A DNA stretch of 64,000 nt from Hyaloraphidium curvatum SAG 235-1 (taxonomy: Eukaryota > Fungi > Monoblepharomycota), in contig JAIVFI010000034.1 of assembly GCA_025558095.1 (NCBI GenBank), positions 372,001 to 436,000 of the forward strand. The letters run 5' to 3'. This document shows, one piece after another, positions 41,376 through 53,546 of the stretch. Position 1 is the stretch's first letter. Each line of letters opens with the position of its first letter. The notes under the pieces were generated by a model that had not been told where the DNA came from, ran no database searches, and was given only the letters and a program-made list of their open reading frames with translations. A program made the translations under genes and the position numbers.

Positions 41376-43596
41376 CTACGAACCCTGGTCCGGCTCCTCT
41401 GCCGCATCGACGGGCATGGAGTCGCCTGAGGGGAGGTCCGAAGGTTCATCCTGAGCGGCAGCCCATGCATCGCTCTCTGCTTCGGGATCGTCGGCAGCCG
41501 CGGCAGAAACAGGGGCTGCCTCATCCACAGCGGGATCTCCTGAACCCGTTTCCTTGCTCTCTGGGGTTTCCCGCCCGGGCGCCCCGGATTCGGCCGCTCC
41601 GATCGCGGCTTTCCTGCCCTGCACGAGCCTCTCCAAAAGCTCTTTGGCTGACATCTTTTCCAAATCAGCACCGGACTTGAGCAGCTCCTCAAGATCGGTG
41701 GCGGCGACCGCGGACGCCGCGGTTACATCCGGTGGCGGCGCTGACGTTTCGGGCGCCGGCGTCCACGGCGGCCGTCCTCCCGGATTGATGTGGTTGGTCA
41801 TCTGGAGCATCTCACAGAACGCCGCCGTTTGGGGGTTCAGGTGTGGCATCACTGCGGTGCGAGGAGCAGATGAGGTTGACCTGCGAAGCACATGACCGGA
41901 AGCAAGCATCCTCACTTGAATTCAGCTTCTCCGTGCCTGACATGGGTCTCTGAGGGTTGTGCGGGGCGGCTGTAACGACGAAATTGTCTAAAATAGGAAT
42001 GTCTTCCTTCCCGGACAGAAGATTGTCCCTAATCCATGCCAGCTGCGCAGCAATGTTCCTGGCAAGGACAACCGACGTCAAGCAGAGCCGCAGGAGCCGG
42101 TGTCGAGTTCTCACCCTTGCGCCTCCTCGTTCTCAGGGAGAGGAATTTGGCTGACAGAGAAGCTGAGGAAATCATTCGTAGCACGAACGACAGCGAGCCA
42201 GTAGGGATCGTAGGCGAAGCCCTTTGAGGCGTCGCCTTCGGGAACATCAATGATCTGCAGCCATACCGCCGGAGTGAGCTAAAACAACGAGCTCGGGTGC
42301 AAAGCCACACACCTGGAGGAAGTCCCGGTTGGGAACGCATTTGTCCAAAGCCAAAAACCTCGTCGTCGCGGCCGGCAAACTCTCTAAAGTGTCGCCACCG
42401 ATGGTATGGGCAACCTCCGCCTCGAGCGCGTCGTGCACAGCAGCCATGGCATCCGCTGGGACTCCAGCATCACGCGACACATCGCCGCTCTCAGCGTTTG
42501 CTTGCGCGGCAGAACCAACATGTACTTCGCTGTTGCTCTGCCCCGCATCGTGCTTCACCAATGCCGCAAACTTGACGTGGAGGTGCGCCGCGAACCAGTA
42601 CCGCGGTTTCAAGTTCTGCAGCAGGAGTTCTGCGGGCATGGATCCCAAGGTGTTCGTGTTGACCTGCGGGGGACGGGGTTAGTTCCTTGGGATTACAAAG
42701 TCTCGAGTCTTCCTCTACAGACCTCTTCCCTCAGGAACGGTTTGCTCGACAGCAAAGCCTTGTGGTTCCCGTGATATGCTATGCCACGAGGCCAGTCATG
42801 GGAAAGAAAGACGTCAAGCCGGTCCGAGTGTGCAAGCTGTGATCGTCCGTGTTCAGTGAAGGTGCAGAAGACGAAGCGGCTGGCGCACACCTGGAGCAAC
42901 CTGTACACGTTGAACTTGCGGACATGGTAGATGGAGCGCGACGCACTGTCATCGTATGGCTGTTGCTCAAAGTACCCTGTTCGGTGCGTCCCGTTGGAAC
43001 GGACCACACCAGTTCTGTTAACGCGCGGCCGCACCTTTCTCGTAGTCCTGATCCTTGTAGATGCCCGTCAAACCACCGATGCGCAGCCCTCCAAACTTGA
43101 TGACGCCCGCAAATCCCAGGAAATAGATGTTCGGGCACACCCAGCCGCCGTGGAACAGTTCCCAGAGGTAATTGGACGCCTCGTGGTTTCCGCCGACGAA
43201 AATGGTCGGATAGGGTGCCTTCTTCTGGCCAGAGTAGTACTGGTAGAACGTGCCCATCGTCCGGTACTTGGCAGGACAGGCCAAGACGTCCAGGTCCGCT
43301 ACGTTGCGAAGCGACTGCTCGAGTGGTCAACAGCAGCAATGTGCACGGCACTCCCGGCGCACCTGGAAGTCCCCGCACACGAGCAAGAGATCAATCTTGA
43401 CATTCTCCGTCCTCTCGATGTACTCGAGCGTGGCATAGATCTTGTCGAGCTCGCCGTGAGCGCAACCTGTACCCGATGGGTCAAGAACTCAAAGCAGGGA
43501 CTCTGGGCGAATCGAACGACCTTCGATGGCAATCTGTGAGGCAGCAATGAGCATTAGAAGTTGCTTTCTAGTGGCAGCGCGTGATCTTGCCTTCAT
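41376..43596 (-). CDS. DBR1: RNA lariat debranching enzyme
   Basis: MK|[53 protein letters not shown]; first intron is GC-AG. Confidence 0.95.
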
Positions 43597-43737
43597 CGCG
43601 CCTTCATTTCCCAGGAGGCGATCTCGTGTTGGGCTCCACGGCCGCTCGCCCCGCGCCGCCGCACGCACGCATCTCAGAGCACCCGAGTCCCGTTTTCGAT
43701 CCAAGGGCACGTAGAAAGGGGATTTCACGCCAGCAGA

Positions 43738-44224
43738 ATGCTCATCAAAGTTCGTCGCCGCGACGCGCGCGTTTTCATGGCGCCAGGGCGCTGATGAAGG
43801 CTTCCATCGCGAACAGGTCAAGACTCTAACTGGGAAGGAGGTGGACGGTCCCCTGTTTTCAGCCCTATCTCGTTGCTGATCTTTCGACCCGGACCACTCG
43901 CGCGACGCGTAGATCGAGATCGACATTGAGCCGAACGACAAGGTCCGTAGATCCGGACTGGACGCCTGCCAGAACCGCCGCTCACTGGGAACGCGTTCCC
44001 CAGATCAACCGCATCAAGGAGAAAGTCGAAGAGAAGGAAGGCATTCCTCCTGCGCAGCAGCGGCTCATTTTCGGCGGAAAGCAGATGTGGATACAGCCTG
44101 CTCGGCGGCTTGCGGCTCCGCTGACTCTTTGGTTCGCAGGGCGGACGAGAAGGCGGCGTCGGATTACGGCGTTGAGGGAGGATCCGTGCTTCACCTGGTC
44201 CTTGCACTTCGTGGGGGCCGGTGA
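43738..44224 (+). CDS. RUB1: NEDD8/Rub1 ubiquitin-like modifier
   Basis: MLIK|VKTLTGKE|[10 protein letters not shown]|[28 protein letters not shown]...[11 protein letters not shown]. Confidence 0.96.
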
Positions 44225-44356
44225 ACGTGGTTTCTCTTCGTTACCGGACCGAGACTCGGATTGCGCGGACAGATCGGGTCTCCTCGGGAGTCGGGTCCTT
44301 CGGGGAAAAGAAGAATGAAGGAGACGGGAGAGAAGGTGCTTATACCAGGCATAGAG

Positions 44357-44949
44357 TTACCCTGAGTCGTCGTTCCGTGTGGCCTCGCGTTTTCGCTCTT
44401 CCCCCGGTCCACCGTGTCCCTTTCTCTTCGCCTTCTTTCCGCGGTTCAAGTAATCGTCCAATGGCGCGAGATTGCCCGCTTTCCGCTTCCGCATGCCAGC
44501 AGAGAGCGTTTTGCTGTCGTCATCGGGAGCGTCGCGCGCCTCTGGCGGGTCCGGGGCATTGACGCCTCTAGATTTCACCTCGTTCCCAGGTTTCTTCTGG
44601 TCGGCAGCATCCGCGTTCAATCGACCGGCGGCCAACTTCAAAGACTTCCGAAGGTGCTTCTCCGAGGTCGACTGGGGCTGCATGGGAACGTCCCCTTTCC
44701 CGACCGACGCCCCGACTCCTAAGCTTGAACGGACTTGAGCACCCCAAAGAGCACATGCATCTATCGATTCACATACCGAGGCGGTCTGCCTTTGATCTGA
44801 GCTGACGTCGATTTGCTCCTAGACGAACTTGACAGCGTTGGCTGAGATCCCTCCTCGGGCGGGCCCTTGAGCCACGAGGCAACCCTCGTCCGGGCCAGGC
44901 TCGCCGATAGCTCAATCTGGGCTTGGAAGGCCGCAATGTCGGAGCCCAT
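44357..44949 (-). CDS. Small basic fungal protein (DUF3245-like)
   Basis: LARTRVASWL...RPPR|LGVGA...LDDYLNRGKKAKRK; one GT-AG intron. Confidence 0.55.
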
Positions 44950-45047
44950 CCCGTGCCGAACGACCCATACGTCTCACGGTCGCGGGATCGTTTAGTTCGA
45001 TCGGCAGCGTCGTGTCTCAGAGCAACGAGCACCGCGCGCCGCCGGCG

Positions 45048-45807
45048 ATGGACCCCTTGGTTGAGGAGCTCGTCGCCAAGATTGGCGCCCTGCGCTCACT
45101 GCAGGACGACAATCAACGGGGACTTTTGCATTTGCAGGCCAAAGTGGGCCAGTTGTATGTGAGTTGATCTTCGTGCACGCGGTCTCCGTTCCCCACTCAC
45201 GGGAGAACGCGGCCAGGAAACCGCAATCGTTGACGGAAAGTTGACACTGGTGGGCAGCAATGCCGTGGATGGCACCAAGGGTACGACGGTCTCCGTCCTG
45301 CCGCGGCCCCTACCAACTCCCGCGTAGGCCGGGAATCGTGGCAGGCTTTGGTGGCGGAGAACGAAGCTTTGAATCAAGTTGTCCGGCAGCAAGGTGGAGG
45401 CATTTCGTGCTCATTGGACTCTGATTGCTGACCGTTGCGCGCTAGAGGTGGCCATGGCCTTGCTCATGGACAAGCTGCGTATCCAGAAGGTGGTCGGGCA
45501 CAACCTTGCCCTAGGCGCTTCATCGTCAACTTATTCCTTTAATCAACAGCTGCAATCGACGGCCGACATTGGGGACCTCAGATCGGACATTGAGGAGGTT
45601 ATGGTTCTACAAGAGGTCCGTGGCCCTCACGAGGCGTTCGTTCCTCGACCAACATTCTCACATCGCGTGCTTCCTTCGCAGCAAGAGATAACAGCCCTTA
45701 GGCTGGAAAATGCGCGGCTGAAGGAGCGGTTGGCCAAGGCCGAGGAGCGCATCGTCGCGGCCTTCGTGGAGCAGGATGCTTCGGCCGCAGATCCGACAGA
45801 ATCATGA
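45048..45807 (+). CDS. Small coiled-coil protein, SIKE/FGFR1OP2-like (candidate STRIPAK subunit)
   Basis: LVAENEALNQVVRQQ|EVAMALLMDKLRIQK and LRLENARLKERL resemble the SIKE-family pattern; five short introns. Confidence 0.5.
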
Positions 45808-47065
45808 ATTCGCCGCCCCTACCCCAAGCTTCTCGATGACCCTATCCGCGGTCAGCTGGTACGCGCGCGCCAGCTCTCCTTCCGGATGTGACACGACGAT
45901 TGGCCGCCCTTTGTCGGCCCCGACCATGATGTCCGTGTGGAGCGGGATATCACCCAGCAAGTCGATTCCCATGTCGGCCGCGGATTTGGCGACCCCGCCG
46001 TGGCCGAAGATGTGGGTCACGTGGCTGCAGTTCGGGCACGTGAAGTAGCTCATGTTCTGGACAAGACCGAGGACCTGGTGCGGACCGTCAGCGGGTGGCG
46101 GGGCGAAGCGCCAGCGACGATGGTGCCTACCGGCACAGAGACCTTGGAGAACATGTCGGCTCCTTTCCTTGCGTCGATTAGGGCAATGTCCTGTGGGGTA
46201 GAGATCACAATGGCACCTGAGGGGAAGTTGAATCCTTGGACACCGTCCACTTCATGTCGGACATACCCGACAACGGAAGCTGCTGCGCGATCGTGAGTTG
46301 GGTGTCGCCCGTCCCTGTCCGCCACCGCGATCAAGCGCATGCCATCTCCAGCGCGACTACGACGTACCCGGTGGCATGTCGATCACCATGACATCCAGGT
46401 CACCCCACTGCACCTGCCGGAGGAGTTGTTCGAGAGCTTTCATGACCTTTCGGGCCGAGACTGATGATCAAGCACGGCCCGCCCGCGGGTTCCTCCGGCG
46501 AGCCGAACCATGAGCCCACGCCAGACGATCGCGTTCTTTTCGTCCACAAGGAAGCCTATCGACATGCAAGATATTCCGTAGTTCTTGAGGGGCAGGAGCA
46601 TGTTCGCTGGCCAATAGCGGTTGGCACGGAGCTCCGGAAGTGCCACTCGGTCGTCTCACTGGCTTCATCCACTGCCGGCTTCGCGTGCAGGTTCATCATC
46701 TTTGGAATGGAGGGTCCGTAGATGTCTGCGTCCAGGAGTCCGATCCGGAGACTCCGTTTGCTCAAGGCGAGGGCGAGGTTAACGGCCAAGGTGGACTTGC
46801 CCACCCCTCCCTTTCCGGACTTGCAAGAGACCGCGTCGCTTCAGTATGTGTTTCCACCACCTCCTGCGGGGGTCCAACCAACCGCGACGGCAATAATGTG
46901 CTTGACACCAGGGATGCTCTTCTTTTGAGGCAGACCCCGCATCATTCTCAATTTTTCCATTTCCGGGGAGAGCTTTCGCGGTGGCGAAACGTTCGAGGCG
47001 TAACGACATTGCGCTAAGCGTTGAAGAGCGCCGAATCCGGCCCCTCGGAACGTGCGAACCGTCAT
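45802..47065 (-). CDS. IND1: Mitochondrial Mrp/NBP35-family Fe-S carrier for complex I
   Basis: [50 protein letters not shown]; N-terminal presequence. Confidence 0.9.
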
Positions 47066-47130
47066 GGTTCCAACGCGTTTATTGCAATCGCGGCGGGCGC
47101 GGAGTTTCGATCACGCAAGTCGCGGGATCA

Positions 47131-47739
47131 ATGTCCAAGAGCTTCCGCGCCGCGGGCTGGGACCCGCTGCTCATTATAGCGCAAATCGTTGGACTGCAGG
47201 CCGCGTGGTACGCGTCGGCGTCCGTCGTGGTCCTCGTGGCAGAGGTCTTCTCCGGCAGCCCCGTCACCCTCCGACACCTCCTGGACTTCCGGGAGCTCCG
47301 CCTGGATTCCTTGTTCGGGTGGCTCCTCCTTATTGCCCACCTGAGCAATGCGGCGCTGGGGTAGGGGCCTGCCTGCGGCCGGGAGTCACTCTGAGCCTGA
47401 TCTGGTCCGGCCAGGTGCTACCTCCTCCTCATCGTTGTCCAGCGGGCGAAGCAATGTCTGGACTTTGCCTGCACCCTCTATCTTTTCCACTTCATCTTCA
47501 CCTCGATATATTCGAGGCATCTGCCCGACACCCTGATATGGTGGCTGCTGGCGGCCGCGTCCATCGCTGGAATGGCCGTCGGTGGCGAGTACCTCTGCAT
47601 GCGGCGAGAACTGGAGCCCATAGACGTCGGCAGATCCCTGGCCAGCCGGAAGCGGCAGTCGAGTGGGGCGATCACGCACGGCGATGCCGACGGTGTCGAG
47701 CTTTCGCTCCTAGAGTCGGGCGAAACGATCGGCGTGTGA
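47131..47739 (+). CDS. SYS1: Golgi membrane protein Sys1
   Basis: WDPLLIIAQIV.LQ..WY, VQRAKQCLDFACTL, GEYLCMRRELEPI; one intron. Confidence 0.9.
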
Positions 47740-47821
47740 AAAGGGTTGCTTCAATGAGCTTCCCGACATACCGAGCGTTGATCTGATACCCAAGTTCCAT
47801 GATGATGTAGATAGTGGTATA

Positions 47822-50800
47822 TCAAGAGCGCCAATATTGCGCCCACTTGAAAAGAGATCAGCACCGAGTTCGAGCGTGAGTCAAAGAGCCGCCCACCTGG
47901 TGAATCCGTTCCATGACCTGAGGAAACAAGGCGCCAACGCTGTCGTTGATTAGCGTCTGGAAGTACTGCACGGCCTCCTCCTCCGACAAGTCCAGCCGAA
48001 ACTTGTCTTGGACCTGCGCGTCCTTGTTGGAGCAATGGGTCTCGAGCGCACCAGACCCCACCAACCTTCAACACCGCCTTGTCCGGCTCGATTTTGATGT
48101 CGGGAATCGCCGAGTTAACCATTAGGGCAAACAGGTTGAGGATGAGGTTGGCGGATTTCCGCAAAATGCTGAATGAAAGGAAACAGTACGACTTGAACTG
48201 CTGGTAGTGCTGCGACGACGCGCCGCCCATCGCCTCGACCATCTCCTTGGCCAGCTTCATCGGCGGTGGGAAAGGTTTGGGGTCCCTCCCGAGGATGAAG
48301 CTGAAGTCGACGTGGAAGAGGTTGCCTAAGGCAGCGTGGTTGACAAGTAGATCGGCCACACAAGCCCGGGAGGCTCACCACTAGGACTGAGCAACAAATT
48401 GTCCATGTGTCGATCGCCAACGCCGAGAAGGTACGTGATGACGCAGTAGGCAGCTGGAGACTCCGGTAAGCGGTTGCGCTGTCTGCAACCAACGCGGATG
48501 CGCACCGCAGCTCTTTATGTACGTGTCCATCACCACGGGACTGATCCCATAGGTGTCTGCCGCCGTATCCTCCCTGTTGTGCTCCCGCAAGTAGGCCAGC
48601 AGACTCCCGTACTCCTCCAAGATTGCGGCCAGTGAAAGGGAGGGGATGTATTGAACAAGACCTGAAACACGTCAATTGTGAATCGGGACACGCACGCAAC
48701 AGCAAGGTACCATGATCGGGCCCCGTGGCCAAAACCTTGTACGGAGTGAGCTTGAGATCCAAGTTCTCCTTCCGCAGCAGCTTGTCCATGAGGGTCAGAA
48801 TCTGGATGACCAGCTGATCTTGCCGCAGATCGTCCCCCGCCTTGAACATGACCTTCAAAGGCGATGGCCGTCAGTAGATGGATTGCTACTAGAGCACCGC
48901 GACGCACCGGATACTCCTGGCCATCCACGCAGCGGAAGCTGATGCGCAGCGGCGTCAGGACGCTTCGGAACAGCGTGGCTTTGTCGGGAATGATTCCAGT
49001 GACTTGCACGTTCGCATCCAGCGGCAAAGGCAGTGGAGGAAAGGAAAGGAACCCGTTCTTGGAGTCCGCGAAGATATGCCGAAGGTGTTCGATCTAGATC
49101 TGGCAGTTCAGCGACCATGCTGCCGGCAGCCAAACCAATGACGGACCTTCTTTGGTCGCGGGTCCTTCATCGCACGCAGCTCCTTGCTGATGCCGAGCAA
49201 CGACCCAATCAACTCGCCCGAGCGCCTGAGCATGTCCCTGCGATGGAACCCATCCTGCGCCTACGACCTCAGCGGTCAGTAAGCTGCTTGACGCGCATGG
49301 CGAGGGAACTGACTTCCATCAGGGCGGCCATGTAGTGGTAGGAGATGCGGGCATACATCTTGCCCCAAGCCTTGTCTTCGCATTCGACCATCAGGTACCT
49401 GGCGGTGTGTCAGAAGCGGAAGAGACAGCAAGCGAGGGCAAAAAAGCACCAGTAAAAGTAGTTGCCCAACGTAGGATTACGAATGGCGCGATGCACCAGA
49501 AACTCCCCGAGCGGCGACTCCGAAATCTCGTTGGTTTCCGTGAGGTTCTCGAACTTGAGGGCTTGAACGAGCTGCACGAGATACAGCTGCAGATCCTGGA
49601 AGAACAAGCACATGAGGCTTCACTACTGTGCAACGGACTTGACACGCACGTCGTCATCGGCTTTCTTGAGCTGGTTGACGGCATACGTTCGGACGTGGCT
49701 GTTCTCGAAGGATGGTCCCAGAAGCTCGAGAGCATCCTCGACGTCGATGTCCGCCCACGATGGTAGCAGATCGGCGGCCTGCCGAGCTTCGACAGGATCG
49801 GTCCACACAACAGACTTGACGAACTTCGTCACAGCTTTCCGATCCCGAGTCAAGTAATAGCGGAACTTCCATAGAAGGTCCTTCTCCTCTCCAGACAAAC
49901 TCTTCGTCGGGGGATACTTGAGCAGTTTCTAAGGTGCCAGAGACTCAGTCAATCTGAGCCAGACCGCACCGTCCCGATTCGTACGTTCAGCTCGTCCCGG
50001 ATCTTTGCGTTCGGCTTGAGCTCCCGATCCAAAATGCCGTTCCGCTGGCTACGGATGAGCTTCCTGTGCTTTGCTTCAACCAGATTGTCCCTCTGGCTCT
50101 CCAGATCCGAAAAGATGACTAGCTCACTGTCGATCGATCTCGGAGTCATTGAAGACGGCAGAGGGACAATCTGATGTAACGTGTGACGCGCGGCAGAAAG
50201 GGCCGCCGCCGCGACCCACCTTTTCGTTGAACACGAGGGGGAAGTCAAACCGTGGGAGGTCGATGTAGAGTGATAACGAGTTGGAGTCGGCCACCTCCTT
50301 CTGCGGGAACAAGCTGTCAGCGGCCGATTATGGCAAGGCGCGACGTTACTTGCCATGTTGATCTTCTCGATTTCGCGGAAAACCATGTTGTCCAGCCAGT
50401 CTACGTGAGGGACGTCTCCGTTTTCGTAGCGCCGCATGAGCTGCATTGGCTTGCTAGTGCCGGCAGGATGAAGTGGTGGATTTTTTGTCGGGACACACCT
50501 TCTGAAGTCGATCCATGGCCGTGGGATCCCCCTGCTTGCTAAGCGTGGAAGACTCGGCGGTCCCATCGGCGCCTCGGCCCGACCAAAGGTGCAGCTTGTG
50601 CTTCCCTGTCCGCAAAACACTGACGAACACCGCGGCTCAGTGTCACGCCGGTCCTCCGCCGGCGAATGCGTACTTGGTCTTGCCAAACAGCCGGAAAGTG
50701 GTTCCTCCGACGACCCTTGGCTGCCCCGGTGCGTATGCCTCCCATACTGTAAAGGCCACCTGAGCATTCCGAGGCAGGTCGCGATACTTGACGGGAAACT

Positions 50801-51145
50801 GAATCCACTCGTTCCAAACGTAGCGACTGGTGAAACTCTTGTACGAAGTCTGGGAAGGCGGGGCCAGGGGCTTGTTGTCCGCCCACAACTGGCACACAAC
50901 GTAGAGCTCCCGTAGCTGACTGCGTGGCGAGAAAAGACAATCAACTGGGATCCGATAACAGTCCGTCTCATAGCCTACTCCGCGCCGAGTGAACTGAGGT
51001 ACCGAGCGTACAGGTCCGCCAACTGCGCACGCGCGCTTTGCCCGTTCCCCAAGCCCTCGAGGGACGTGATGCGAATCTTCAGCTGAAGCTGGAGCTCCGA
51101 TGAGAGGCAGTAGGTAAAGTCCACGAGCTCCAAGCTGTTCGACAT
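47822..51145 (-). CDS. VPS34: Class III PI3-kinase
   Basis: C2 domain ([14 protein letters not shown]), PIK helical domain (LWKFRYYL), kinase [40 protein letters not shown]-terminal WAQYWRS. Confidence 0.96.
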
Positions 51146-51365
51146 GGCGTCCAGCAGGGCTCTGGCCTGAGTCGCCCAAGGGCAGCTCGAAACCGTGTCC
51201 GACGCGTCCAGCGGAGCCTGCAGGCCGTTGTTATGCCAATGAACCTATGAACGACATTGTTGCGCGTAGGAAACGCGTCCGAGCGAGACGCGTTGTGTTC
51301 AGCGGCGCCGCGCGTGCGCGCCCGCCCGCCCTTCCGTTTTGAGAGACATCTCTTGCTCCGACGCG

Positions 51366-52440
51366 ATGTTCCTTACCAGGAGCGAGTATGACCGCGGAGT
51401 GAGTTGGAGCTGAGGAGATCGATGTGCCGGCCGCGCTGACCGGCGTACGACCAGGTCTCTACGTTCTCTCCCGAGGGGAGGTTGTTCCAGGTCGAGTACG
51501 CAATAGAGGCGATCAAGGTACCGCGAGCGTCAGAAGGACCATCTGCAGTCTACTGAGGCGTCATCTACTCCTCAGCTGGGATCTACGGCAATCGGGATTC
51601 AGACGAAGGAGGGCGTAGTGCTCGGCGTGGAGAAGCGGGTGACCAGCTCGCTGCTCGAACCTCGGAGCATCGAAAAGATCATGGAGATCGACAGCCATAT
51701 CGGCTGTGCGATGTCGGGTCTGACGGCAGACGCCCGAACCATGATAGATCACGCGCGAGTGGAGAGCCAGGTTGGGCCAGTGAACGCGCGATGGCGGAGA
51801 TCTTGTCTCTAAGCGGCGGCCACGGCCCAGAATCATTGGTTCACCTACAACGAGAAGATCAAGGTGGAGTCGGTGACGCAGTCCGTCTGCGATCTGGCGT
51901 TGCGGTTCGGCGAGAGCGCGGACGGGGAGGACGCAATCATGGTGTGTTCTCAAGGTTCTCGGACTGCGGCGCGCGAATCTGAATCGCGTTCCTTGGCCCT
52001 AGTCGCGACCATTCGGAGTGGCGCTGCTCATTGCGGGAACCGACGAAAAAGGGCCCCAGCTGTGGGTGAAGAGCGGCAACGTGCGGGGAAGCCACAAACT
52101 GATGTTGCTCTCCAGATTCCACGCTGACCCCTCCGGCACGTTCATGCGGTTTGACGCGAAGGCAATTGGATCGGGAGCTGAAGGCGCGCAAACAGAACTG
52201 CAGGAGCAATTCCACAAGGCATGGGACCTGTGCACCCATTTGTCGGTACACTAACCAGCTGCCCGGCAGTCCCTGACATTGAAGGAGGCAACCAAGCTCG
52301 TGCTCAAGGTCCTGAAGCAAGTGATGGAGGAGAAGATCAGCAGCGTGAACGTGGAAGTGGCGGTCGCAACGCCAGAGAAGGGTTTCCACATTTTGCCCGA
52401 AGACGAAGTATCTAGCTACGTCACCGAGCTGGCGGCATAG
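51366..52440 (+). CDS. PUP2: 20S proteasome subunit alpha-5
   Basis: [11 protein letters not shown]|[42 protein letters not shown]; last intron is GC-AG. Confidence 0.96.
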
Positions 52441-52477
52441 CAGCACCATATACCAATTGATGAATGCTGTACAAAAT

Positions 52478-53436
52478 TTACACGACAAAGCTCCAGCTCC
52501 CAGCCCTGAACTCCTCGTCCGGCATGGTGTCCAGATGAACCAAGTTCCTCCTGACGTACCGCATTGCTTTCTGCAGCTGCTGCGTGGACACATCGCCGGA
52601 GACCGAGAAGAGGTTCCTGCGCGATCCAGGGCGGTCGTTGTCAGAGCTAGCTGCCATCAGTGTAGGCGACCCCTCACCTCCAGAGTGCCGAAGCCATCAA
52701 CACGTCACCGCCATGGAGGCCCTCATCGTAGGCTAGAATCTGCCCGTAGTACGAATCCAACAGTTCCTTCAACGTTCGCGATATCACGGTGAAGTTCGTG
52801 ATCTGGCGGCGGCGAGCGTGAGCAAGGACAGCAACAGCTGCTACATACACTTACGCCGCCTTCGTACAAGCGCTTCTCCAGGTCACTGCACAACGTGCTC
52901 GACACGTCCTCCGACATGCGACGCAGCACACCGCTCCCCGTTCTGCACCGAACGGAGATCATCCAGACGTGGAGAACCATTAGGAGGTACCAAGTCTCGA
53001 AGGCATCAATGAGGCCCATGCCAGTCACAAAGAGCTCCTTGTTCTCCACGTGGCGGGCGCATTCACTGTAGACGTCGATCGCCGTCTTGTGTTCCTTTCG
53101 ACGTTGGTTGAATCGCGCGAAAGGGTTGAGGGGGAGCTTGTCCTCCTGCGACATCGGCGATGCAGATTGCGATCGATCGAGGCCGGCATAGATCCCTACA
53201 TCCTTCAGACACGCCGTGAAGGAGAACTGTCTCGTGTTCCAAAGAGACCGAGCAGGGCCGAAGGCCGTCATCGGCGTTGACTGGTCGGGGCAACCAGGGC
53301 GTGGGAACGCAGATCGGAGAGCCAGGCCAGGCGCCGGCGCGCTATGCGCTCGGCGAGCCGTGCACCCAGCCGATGCATGCGGCGCCCAAGAAAGAGCACG
53401 AGCGCACCGTCCGATAGAGCATGTCGCGGCGGCCAT
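52478..53436 (-). CDS. CBP3: Ubiquinol-cytochrome c chaperone (Cbp3/UQCC1)
   Basis: Presequence; GLIDAFETWYL..VLHVWMISVR, YGQILAYDE, LAAALTTTA..., YVRRN-like C-terminal segment. Confidence 0.75.
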
Positions 53437-53546
53437 CGCGGGGCCAATGGGTGAACGGTGTTTTGAGACGCGCCTGTATAGCGGCCCTTGACAAGGTCGA
53501 TCACGAGGAAAACGTGGCACATTTGCCGCCTTTATGGCCACTGAAG

